A stretch of 64,000 nucleotides of DNA from Escherichia phage vB_EcoP_SP5M: the sequence record NC_070869.1. One strand, given 5' to 3'. Numbering within the stretch: position 1 is the first letter of the stretch; the number at the start of each line of letters is the position of its first letter. Positions 8,560-16,432 of the stretch are shown here, piece by piece. The position numbers were made by a program, and so were the translations under genes. The notes under the pieces were generated by a model, which did no database searches, was not told where the DNA came from, and saw only the letters and a list, made by a program, of their open reading frames with translations.

Positions 8560-9393
8560 ATGCCAACCCTAAAGATTGCGTTTAATAAAACTACCAACGT
8601 TGCTACCGTGCTTGACTCGAGTGGTAGTGTTCCAGGTGGTTCTGTGGAAGTAGGTACTTTTGTACACCCGGATGCCACTTACCCTGATAGCTTAGTTATC
8701 TATCACGGTGTTCGTGATCTGTTGTATAAACGCTCTGCTAAAAACCCTGCTGAAGAAGGCTTCTGGCCTAATAACATCGTGGATATGCAGTCAGTCACCA
8801 TCGACATGAAAGCTACCCCACGTCTGACTATTGCTACCAAACTGCCTCGTGTAGTCTCCGCTATCGAAGGTGAAGACATTAACTGGCACGTTGATGTAGC
8901 AGGTGGTAAAACTCCATTTACTTATAAATGGCAATTCAAAGCTAATACTGCTGGTGCAGCATTCGCTGATATTGGTTCAGGTAGTAATGCATCAGCTGCT
9001 ACTGCAACGCTGACTCTTAAAGGCGTAACAGCTGCTTCTGCTGGTACTTATAAAGTGATTGTTACTGATGCTAATGGAACCACGGTAGAAGATACCTCGT
9101 TGCTGGCTGTAGGTTATTACGAAGCAAGCTCACTGGTAGCTACTCCTGCTTCACTGGCTTTATCTGTTGCTACTGATACTGCTAAAGGTAAGACTGTAAC
9201 CATCGCTGCTATGCCTGTTGGTTCTTCTGCTGGTACTTTGTCTATCAAGACTGCTCCGGATTCCGGTCGTGCTACAGCTACCATTTCTGGTAACGTACTG
9301 ACGGTTAAACCAGTGGCTGCTGGTAAAGCTACTTCTGTAGTAGTTACCAATGGTACTGTCGATGTAACCATCGCTATTACTGTTGCAGCTTAA
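8560..9393 (+). CDS. Ig-like (Big_2-type) domain protein, candidate capsid decoration protein (N4 gp17-like)
   Basis: Ala/Thr/Val-rich beta-strand repeats (TYKVIVTDANGTT, TVKPVAAGKATSVVVT); flanked by strong terminators. Confidence 0.5.
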   Translation: MPTLKIAFNKTTNVATVLDSSGSVPGGSVEVGTFVHPDATYPDSLVIYHGVRDLLYKRSAKNPAEEGFWPNNIVDMQSVTIDMKATPRLTIATKLPRVVSAIEGEDINWHVDVAGGKTPFTYKWQFKANTAGAAFADIGSGSNASAATATLTLKGVTAASAGTYKVIVTDANGTTVEDTSLLAVGYYEASSLVATPASLALSVATDTAKGKTVTIAAMPVGSSAGTLSIKTAPDSGRATATISGNVLTVKPVAAGKATSVVVTNGTVDVTIAITVAA

Positions 9394-9443
9394 GGGTATT
9401 CTTTGTTTGGGGTTGTAAACCCTGATGTAATACCCTCAAGTTT

Positions 9444-9480
9444 GACCTCCCTAATAAAGGGAGGTCTTTTTTTTTTTTTT
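9444..9480 (+). terminator. Rho-independent terminator with 14-T tract
   Basis: GACCTCCC-TAATAAA-GGGAGGTC hairpin followed by T14. Confidence 0.7.
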
Positions 9481-9505
9481 GACTTAAATAAACTGGAGCC
9501 AGGAA

Positions 9506-9694
9506 ATGTATAAAGAGATTGCATTCTTCTCGTTCTTGCTAGGTGGTTTAATAGGTGCAGGATTTGTAGCTATTTCTAATACCTACTTTGGTTCTACTCC
9601 AAATTCTGTAACACAAACCCTCAAGCATGAATGTGAATTGAATATCCCTCGTAATCAAAGCTGCGTAATGCAGTTCGTACCGGAGAAGAAATGA
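9506..9694 (+). CDS. Small membrane protein
   Basis: ORF track; N-terminal hydrophobic helix. Confidence 0.35.
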   Translation: MYKEIAFFSFLLGGLIGAGFVAISNTYFGSTPNSVTQTLKHECELNIPRNQSCVMQFVPEKK

Positions 9695-9876
9695 AACTTA
9701 CCCAGTCCCAAGCAATTTTCCTTCGCATGGTTCAAGGTGGTTCTGCCACCAGCAACCGTAATAACAAAACCGCACAGTCTCTTAAGAAGCTGGGCTTAGT
9801 ACAGTTCAATGCTGGTCTTGGGTGGTCATTAACCCCTACCGGATTACTTCAACTCAACGAATTAAAAGGTAACTAA
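9691..9876 (+). CDS. Hypothetical protein (61 aa)
   Basis: ORF track. Confidence 0.3.
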   Translation: MKLTQSQAIFLRMVQGGSATSNRNNKTAQSLKKLGLVQFNAGLGWSLTPTGLLQLNELKGN

Positions 9877-10203
9877 ATGAAAACTTTAATTGCTGTTGTT
9901 CTTGTAGCTTTATCAGTTCTGTCATTCGGTGCTCAAGCATCCAGTCGTGCAACTCTATTGGAAGCTGCTGCTGATTACAAAGCCAATAATGCAAACTTTG
10001 TGAACCAGGGTTACTTCATGGGCATGGTTACTATGGGTGTGGAAGCAGGAAAGAATTGTGTACCTGACGATATGAAGTTAGGACACATTTTTGACAGAGT
10101 GGCATCTATTATTCTGTATGACCGAAAGGTAAATGCAGTAAAAGTACCGTCAGACATGGTTCTGTTAGCGATTGATACAGCATATCCCTGCGTTAAATCT
10201 TAA
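9877..10203 (+). CDS. Secreted/periplasmic protein with signal peptide
   Basis: N-terminal MKTLIAVVLVALSVLSFGAQA signal-like sequence. Confidence 0.45.
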   Translation: MKTLIAVVLVALSVLSFGAQASSRATLLEAAADYKANNANFVNQGYFMGMVTMGVEAGKNCVPDDMKLGHIFDRVASIILYDRKVNAVKVPSDMVLLAIDTAYPCVKS

Positions 10204-10237
10204 TTAGTAATTCCATTAACTTTAGGAGAGTAAGTAA

Positions 10238-11290
10238 ATGGAGAGCATTGACTCCTTGACTGTATGTAATACACGCCAAGCCCGTAACTTTATTATCCGT
10301 GCTTTACAAGCAGGTAACGTGCCGTTCCTGACTTCATCACCTGGCATGGGTAAGTCTGCAATTATTCGTTCTGTTGCAGAAGAATTTGGCATGAAGCTGA
10401 TTGACCATCGTCTGTCTACTTCTGCCCCAGAAGACTTGTCTGGTCTACCATTCCGTAATGGTGATCGTGCAGAGTTTATCCCTTTCGCTGACTTATTCCC
10501 TATCGAGGGGGACAAAGTACCGGAAGGTTATAATGGCTGGCTCCTGTTCCTTGATGAGTTCAACTCAGCTAAGAAAGAAGTAGTAGCTGCTGCATACAAA
10601 CTGATTCTCGACCGTATGACTGGACAGAAGAGACTTCACCCCAATGTGATGATTATCTGTGCCGGTAACAAAGCTACTGACCGTGCCATCGTTAACCCTC
10701 TGGGTACTGCAATGCAGTCCCGTGTTGTCCACTTCGAAATGGAACTTAACTTCGATATCTTTGTTGAAGACGTAATGATTCCTCAAGAATGGGATGAGCG
10801 TCTGGTTGCATTCTTACATGCTAACCCTGGCTATCTGCACGACTTCGACCCTGCCCATAAGAACAAGACATTCTGTTGTCCTCGTACTTGGGACTTTGTT
10901 AACAAAGACCTCAAGAACCGACCAGAAGGTGCTCTGCCTGATGAAGATTCTATCTACTATGCAGGCCACGTTACTGCCGGTAAAGCTACAGAATTTGTTC
11001 AGTTCACTCAGGTATACAATCGTATGATTACGATTGAGAAGGTAGTTAAAGACCCTTTGGGCTGTGCACTGCCGGAAGATAATAACCTGTGCTGGGCTAC
11101 CGTTAACCATCTGGCTAACAAGACTACTGAAGATAACTTCTCTGATGTACTTCAGTATATTGAACGCTTTAAAACGTTCACCCATAAGATTCTGTACTTC
11201 CGTACAGTAGGTAAAGCATTACCAGAAATTCAGGCTACCCCTGAATGGCGTAAGGCTGCTGCCAATATCTCTCGTTACATTCACGGATAA
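10238..11290 (+). CDS. MoxR-type AAA+ ATPase
   Basis: Walker A SSPGMGKS, Walker B LLFLDEFN, sensor ICAGN. Confidence 0.8.
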   Translation: MESIDSLTVCNTRQARNFIIRALQAGNVPFLTSSPGMGKSAIIRSVAEEFGMKLIDHRLSTSAPEDLSGLPFRNGDRAEFIPFADLFPIEGDKVPEGYNGWLLFLDEFNSAKKEVVAAAYKLILDRMTGQKRLHPNVMIICAGNKATDRAIVNPLGTAMQSRVVHFEMELNFDIFVEDVMIPQEWDERLVAFLHANPGYLHDFDPAHKNKTFCCPRTWDFVNKDLKNRPEGALPDEDSIYYAGHVTAGKATEFVQFTQVYNRMITIEKVVKDPLGCALPEDNNLCWATVNHLANKTTEDNFSDVLQYIERFKTFTHKILYFRTVGKALPEIQATPEWRKAAANISRYIHG

Positions 11291-11297
11291 TCACAAC

Positions 11298-12473
11298 ATG
11301 AACCAGATACCTCAGCACACACTTAGTGATGAACAACTCATGCGTGAGTATGACCGTATTCAGGCCCAAGCCTTTCTAGGCAAGTCTGCTGCGTTTTTTG
11401 GTTCATTGCTGTGTAGTCTTAAATTCTCATGGAATCGGGAGGATTGTCCCACTGCATGTACTGATGGGATAGAACTCCATTTCAACCCAGACTTCTTTAT
11501 CTGGATGTGCCCTGATGCAAGAGAAACAGTGCTAATGCACGAACTCTGGCATGTGGCATATCTCCATGGCATCCGTTGTGGAAGCCGTGACCCGGAAGTC
11601 TGGAACCAGGCATGTGACCACTTCATTAACCTTCAGTTAGAGGAAGATGGTTACAAATTCACTGGTATCGACAAAGGCATTTGCAAAGACCCTCAATATA
11701 AAGGATGGGTTGAAGAAGACATCTACGATGACCTGATGAAGAACCCTCAGAAAAGGCAGAAGCCGTCAGGGGGTGCTGGAGCAGGTCTTGCTGGCGACAT
11801 GAAAGCTCCCTCTTCGGGGCAGTCCCAGGGTGCTGTTGTCAACAACGTAGTACGTGCAATGCAAAGCCAGAAGATGGCTGGTGGAATGATGCCCGGTAAA
11901 GGTGCTGGTCGTATGGAAGAGGTTATTACCCAATTCCTTAAACCAGTGGTTCCTTGGCAAGAAGTCCTGCTGAACTTCTTTACCGACATTGATGACACAC
12001 ACTATACGTGGGCCAGACCTAACCGTCGTTTCACTGATATCCATCTACCTTCTCTGGAAGATGATGAGGGTCGTTTACGGCACTTAGCTTACTTTGAGGA
12101 TGTATCTGGTTCTATTAGTAGTGCTGACTCTCTGCGTTTTAACTCAGAGGTTGCCTACGTTAAGAGCCAGTTCAATCCTAAGAAGATGACCCTTATTACC
12201 TTCGACGATATTATCCAAGAAGAGATAGACATCACTGAAGAAGATACTTTTGAAGAGATTAAGATTACTGGTCGTGGTGGTACAAACCTTGAACCAGTGC
12301 GTGATTGGATTATTAAGAATAAGCCAACCGCTGCAATCATATTCTCCGATATGTATGTTCGTCCAATGGAAGAATTACCATTTGATATCCCTATCATCTG
12401 GTGTGTTCTGAATAATCCCAATGCTACCGTACCTTTTGGGGAGGTAGTTCATATCCCTAAAGGAATGAAATAA
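11298..12473 (+). CDS. vWA domain protein with N-terminal HExxH metallopeptidase-like region
   Basis: HELWH motif; MIDAS-like DVSGS; partner of the MoxR ATPase. Confidence 0.7.
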   Translation: MNQIPQHTLSDEQLMREYDRIQAQAFLGKSAAFFGSLLCSLKFSWNREDCPTACTDGIELHFNPDFFIWMCPDARETVLMHELWHVAYLHGIRCGSRDPEVWNQACDHFINLQLEEDGYKFTGIDKGICKDPQYKGWVEEDIYDDLMKNPQKRQKPSGGAGAGLAGDMKAPSSGQSQGAVVNNVVRAMQSQKMAGGMMPGKGAGRMEEVITQFLKPVVPWQEVLLNFFTDIDDTHYTWARPNRRFTDIHLPSLEDDEGRLRHLAYFEDVSGSISSADSLRFNSEVAYVKSQFNPKKMTLITFDDIIQEEIDITEEDTFEEIKITGRGGTNLEPVRDWIIKNKPTAAIIFSDMYVRPMEELPFDIPIIWCVLNNPNATVPFGEVVHIPKGMK

Positions 12474-12979
12474 TGGTTGTTAATGGTAATTCTCTATACC
12501 GTTCATCTCAATTACTGGACATCCCAGACCGTAAGGTATCCGAGCACGGTGTAAGCTATGGATTAGGTGAAGCTGGTTACGATATCCGTATCAAACAAGA
12601 TATCACCTTCTATCGCTTATTTGGGTTGATTCCAATGGTGAAAATCATTGATGGTGAGACGGTAACTCGTCGCTTCGGCAAGTTCGCATTGGCTTCGGCA
12701 ATTGAGAAGTTCAACATGTCTAAGTACTGCGTAGCTATCGTTCACGATAAGTCTACCTGGGCAAGGCGTGCATTATCAGTGTTCAATACCGTAATAGAAC
12801 CAGGATGGAAAGGGTATCTTACCCTCGAACTGGTTTATCATGGTCGTAAGAAACTGCATATCCCGGCTGGTGCTGGGATAGCTCAAGTATTATTTCATCT
12901 GGTTCAGGAGCCTGCTAATTACAATGGCAAGTATCAGAACCAGGAAAACAAACCAGTAGCTGCAAGAAGCAGTAAATAA
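12473..12979 (+). CDS. dCTP deaminase / dUTPase-fold enzyme
   Basis: GEAGYDIRI and EPGWKGYLTLEL motifs. Confidence 0.6.
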   Translation: MVVNGNSLYRSSQLLDIPDRKVSEHGVSYGLGEAGYDIRIKQDITFYRLFGLIPMVKIIDGETVTRRFGKFALASAIEKFNMSKYCVAIVHDKSTWARRALSVFNTVIEPGWKGYLTLELVYHGRKKLHIPAGAGIAQVLFHLVQEPANYNGKYQNQENKPVAARSSK

Positions 12980-12988
12980 GGAAACAAC

Positions 12989-13198
12989 ATGTCAGTATTT
13001 CAAGTAACTCATGCAACCTCAGATGTACGCTTAACCATTAATGCTGCAAATGTAATTGCAGTAGAACAGATTCCACTGTCTGACTGTGCACGCGTCATAT
13101 TTGTAGATAATAACTATATAGAAACCAAAGAAACTTATCGTTCAGTACGCAATTACCTGAAAAAAGCTCTTGCTCCTGCAAGCAAAGATGCTGAGTAA
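12989..13198 (+). CDS. Hypothetical protein (69 aa)
   Basis: ORF track. Confidence 0.35.
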   Translation: MSVFQVTHATSDVRLTINAANVIAVEQIPLSDCARVIFVDNNYIETKETYRSVRNYLKKALAPASKDAE

Positions 13199-13271
13199 GT
13201 AGCTGCCTAAATAGCCCGGCATAGTTGGGCTATTTGTGAAGAAACTAACTAAACCTCACATAGGAACCATC

Positions 13272-13514
13272 ATGGAATCTTTAGCAGCAATCCTTGTTTT
13301 CTTATTCATATTAGCTGTATACCTTATCCCTACTATCATTGCTTTTTCACGAGGCCATGCCTCTAAGTGGGGCATTGGTGTGCTTAATATCGTATTAGGC
13401 TGGTCTTTAGTCTTCTGGGTAGTAGCACTGATTTGGTCACTGTCCAACAAAGGTCAGAACCAGGTTACGAATGTAACTGTCGTCCAAACCAATGGTGGCA
13501 GTAAAGCAGAGTAA
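13272..13514 (+). CDS. Superinfection-immunity-like small membrane protein
   Basis: PTIIAFSRGHASKWGIGVLNIVLGWSLVFWVVALIWSL resembles Imm_superinfect pattern; start moved to internal Met. Confidence 0.45.
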   Translation: MESLAAILVFLFILAVYLIPTIIAFSRGHASKWGIGVLNIVLGWSLVFWVVALIWSLSNKGQNQVTNVTVVQTNGGSKAE

Positions 13515-13588
13515 CTAATCTAAGCATCATTACATAGTGGTGCTTGTGGAAGTTGCTTCCAGCTCATTGCTTATCCATCTCCTAACCC

Positions 13589-13619
13589 AAGCCCACCTAA
13601 CCCGTGGGCTTTTTTATTT
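13589..13619 (+). terminator. Rho-independent terminator
   Basis: AGCCCAC-CTAACCC-GTGGGCT hairpin followed by TTTTTATTT. Confidence 0.6.
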
Positions 13620-13631
13620 ACAGGTACTCTT

Positions 13632-14021
13632 ATGTCAAACAGACGAAACGGTAAGTCTATCTTTCAAGGAATGGACTTCGGTAAGCTGGAACAAACTGCA
13701 ATGCTTACTCTAGGTAAAACTATGCACGACCTGGTGGAAAAGAATGGAATTAACTCTGATGTTTATGCAGCAATGCAGGTTCTTATTCAGAAAGGCTGGA
13801 CTACTAGTAGACCTTTTAACACCACTTCATATATTCCACCAGAACCACATCTGAAATCTAAGGTAGACCGAATCATAGATAAGTTCTGGCTTAGTCCGTG
13901 TTATGGCGACATGCACCTTTACCTGGCTCAAATACAAAAAAATCCATATACCAAAGATGTATTCAAAGGCAAGAGCACTACCCATCATTACCCCTGGTAT
14001 AAAAGAGGTAGTAAATACTAA
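13632..14021 (+). CDS. Hypothetical protein (129 aa)
   Basis: ORF track. Confidence 0.4.
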   Translation: MSNRRNGKSIFQGMDFGKLEQTAMLTLGKTMHDLVEKNGINSDVYAAMQVLIQKGWTTSRPFNTTSYIPPEPHLKSKVDRIIDKFWLSPCYGDMHLYLAQIQKNPYTKDVFKGKSTTHHYPWYKRGSKY

Positions 14022-14464
14022 TGCGTATCCCATTCCTAAGAAAAAGGGAACGAAATCCCGTTCTTTATAATAAAGGCATAGAGGATGAGTACGAACTCAA
14101 CCGTAAAGCCCGTTCCTACGCAACAAAATTATTCATGGGGACCAATACCCCTGATAGATTACTGGACTTTGTTTTCGAACAAGTCTTTATCATATACAGC
14201 TTAGCTATGTCTGCTGGTTCACAAGAAGTAAGTGATAAGGCAAGAGATGCTCTCTGTATGCTCCGTAAAGAGTATGAAGACTTTCTGTATGAAGACTTGT
14301 ACTCCTTTAAAAAAGAAACCGCTGTAGCGTGTTCTGTGGCTCTTACTGAAGGTATAGCAGTATTACAGGAACTACCACGTAGTGAGTTTAAGCTGGTATA
14401 TGTTCAGGCCAAGAAGATTACAGAAAGCCGTAGTGGTATCACCAACTATCTAAGGTCATTCTAA
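14021..14464 (+). CDS. Hypothetical protein (147 aa)
   Basis: ORF track; ATGA overlap with neighbours. Confidence 0.4.
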   Translation: MRIPFLRKRERNPVLYNKGIEDEYELNRKARSYATKLFMGTNTPDRLLDFVFEQVFIIYSLAMSAGSQEVSDKARDALCMLRKEYEDFLYEDLYSFKKETAVACSVALTEGIAVLQELPRSEFKLVYVQAKKITESRSGITNYLRSF

Positions 14465-15408
14465 TGATTAAGGCAACTGTCATTGCAGATTCCGTTCATC
14501 ATGCAACGGGTACTCGTATTACTACCTTTGAATTGGTTTATCCCCGATTCATTCACAGTGAGTTTATGACCCACCGTGTATTCAACCGCAATGCTTCAAG
14601 TAGTCGTGCTATCCCTACTTCTAAGTTAATCGAACAGGTTCGTAATGAACCAGTGATGCCGAGTCACTGGGGTAAGAACCAGAAAGGTATGCAAGCAGAT
14701 GAAGAACTCACTCCTATGGAGATTGAGGATGCTAAGTTTATCTGGGATAACGCTGCATCTGCTGCTGCTGTATATGCTGAACAACTGCGTCGTGGGCAGG
14801 TACATAAGCAAATCGTTAACCGTATTCTGGAACCATTCACACATATCCGTGTAGTAGTAACTTCAACTAGTTGGGCTAATTTCTATGGACTACGTGACCA
14901 CAAAGATGCACAACCAGAGATTCGTGAACTGGCTCAGGCAATGCGTAAGGCACATGAAGAAAGTACTCCAAGAGCATTACCACAAGGGGAATGGCATTTA
15001 CCGTATATTGCTCATATTGACCGTGTCGGGGCTTATAATTACTGCAAACATCAGCGAATTACTCGTGATGAGCCAAGTAGTGAAGAAGTGTATGGCTTAC
15101 TTCTTAAAGTAAGTGCTGCTCGTTGTGCTCGTGCTTCTTATAACAACTTCGAGGGGCGACCTTCTACTATTGAAGAAGACTTAGGATTGTTTGCTAAGTT
15201 AGTTGAGAACCAGCCTATTCATGCATCCCCTACAGAACACCAAGCAACTCCTATGCTGTTCGGTGATAAGTTCATTAACAACCAGAACCCATTAACCTGG
15301 GAACAGGGTGTTACTTCAATGAATCGCGAAGGTAAGCTGTATTCAGGCAACTTACTGGATTTTATCCAATTCCGTAAACTAATCCCCGGAGAAACAATTA
15401 CAGAATGA
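14464..15408 (+). CDS. thyX: Flavin-dependent thymidylate synthase (ThyX-like)
   Basis: HR-x7-S signature-like (THRVFNRNASSSR); adjacent to dCTP deaminase. Confidence 0.5.
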   Translation: MIKATVIADSVHHATGTRITTFELVYPRFIHSEFMTHRVFNRNASSSRAIPTSKLIEQVRNEPVMPSHWGKNQKGMQADEELTPMEIEDAKFIWDNAASAAAVYAEQLRRGQVHKQIVNRILEPFTHIRVVVTSTSWANFYGLRDHKDAQPEIRELAQAMRKAHEESTPRALPQGEWHLPYIAHIDRVGAYNYCKHQRITRDEPSSEEVYGLLLKVSAARCARASYNNFEGRPSTIEEDLGLFAKLVENQPIHASPTEHQATPMLFGDKFINNQNPLTWEQGVTSMNREGKLYSGNLLDFIQFRKLIPGETITE

Positions 15409-15641
15409 AGCGTCTAGCTATTCAAGCTCTGTTTATAAGTATCATCCTGGTTCTGGAATTTGTATTTGCACTGCATGGTGCACAGAGCCTGGAAGAGATG
15501 TTCTTCGTAGTAGCCCGTTTCTCTGCATGTGTTCTTGGCTTATGGTGTGTGTATTACTATGCACGCGATTATGTAGCCATTAAGGAACGCGATGATGCTG
15601 AGAAGCGTCTACGACAATTCGTAGAACAGAATCGTAAGTAA
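15405..15641 (+). CDS. Small membrane protein
   Basis: ORF track; two hydrophobic helices. Confidence 0.4.
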   Translation: MKRLAIQALFISIILVLEFVFALHGAQSLEEMFFVVARFSACVLGLWCVYYYARDYVAIKERDDAEKRLRQFVEQNRK

Positions 15642-15645
15642 ACCT

Positions 15646-15674
15646 AAGACCTCCTTCGGGAGGTCTTTTTTTGG
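15646..15674 (+). terminator. Rho-independent terminator
   Basis: AAGACCTCC-TTCG-GGAGGTCTT hairpin followed by TTTTTT. Confidence 0.7.
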
Positions 15675-15701
15675 TTTCAATTAACTCTTTTAGGAGGGCA
15701 T

Positions 15702-15914
15702 ATGCCTGCTAAATACCGTATCAAAGACACTCCACTAATGTGTGAGGGTGAGAAAGGTGACATTGTATATGCCTGTATCCAAGACGATTTCAATGCTGCT
15801 TTGATGTTAACTCAAATGACAAACACACTGCATGTATCAGTAACACTGGATCCTACCGGTGACTATCCATGCTTCCCTATCCCTGCCCACAACCTGGAGC
15901 AAATCCATGATTAA
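15702..15914 (+). CDS. Hypothetical protein (70 aa)
   Basis: ORF track; AGGAGG upstream. Confidence 0.4.
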   Translation: MPAKYRIKDTPLMCEGEKGDIVYACIQDDFNAALMLTQMTNTLHVSVTLDPTGDYPCFPIPAHNLEQIHD

Positions 15915-16221
15915 TCCTGAAGTTATTCATAGTAAAACTGGTAAGGCTGTTCCACTTAGTGATATTGCAGTTACCGGTGATATTGCTGCTTGTCCAGCTA
16001 ACATCGCTTCACTGTGTATGTGCATTGCTGCGCTGGCAGAGGAACGTAAATTATGGCTGGAACCAAGCAAAGAGATGGTACTGGCTGGTATGTCTGAACT
16101 GAATGCACTTCTGAAAGAAATGTATGACGAGGATGGTCAATTAGTTGAGCCAACCGATGATCAGATTTCGGGTGCTGTAGTATTTATCCTTCAAGCAATG
16201 GCAGGTAAACGCAATGGCTAA
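15907..16221 (+). CDS. Hypothetical protein (internal start of ORF 15859..16221)
   Basis: ORF track; GGAG before internal ATG. Confidence 0.4.
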   Translation: MINPEVIHSKTGKAVPLSDIAVTGDIAACPANIASLCMCIAALAEERKLWLEPSKEMVLAGMSELNALLKEMYDEDGQLVEPTDDQISGAVVFILQAMAGKRNG

Positions 16222-16405
16222 TGTAAATATCGCTTCAGAGAAAACGTATAGCATTCAAATTAATGGCTTAACCGAATATCAGGTCTTATTCCTAATGAAT
16301 GCTTTTCAAAACAGTCCAGTGGGTCACCACCCTAATGATGAACCACTGGAAGAAGCTGAACTACGTAAAGCTATTTTCGATAAGTGTAAACAAGTACTAC
16401 TTTAA
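16214..16405 (+). CDS. Hypothetical protein (63 aa)
   Basis: ORF track. Confidence 0.35.
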   Translation: MANVNIASEKTYSIQINGLTEYQVLFLMNAFQNSPVGHHPNDEPLEEAELRKAIFDKCKQVLL

Positions 16406-16432
16406 GCAACATTTAAACTGGAGAGTAAATAA

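Noticed and set aside
9117-9371. 84-aa - strand ORF inside the Ig-like gene
   Set aside because: Antisense product of a repetitive Ala/Thr/Val-rich coding region; no independent support.
9467-9480. 14-nt poly-T tract as a possible slippage or phase-variation site
   Set aside because: It follows an 8-bp GC-rich hairpin in an intergenic position, so it is the U-tract of an intrinsic terminator, not a coding homopolymer.
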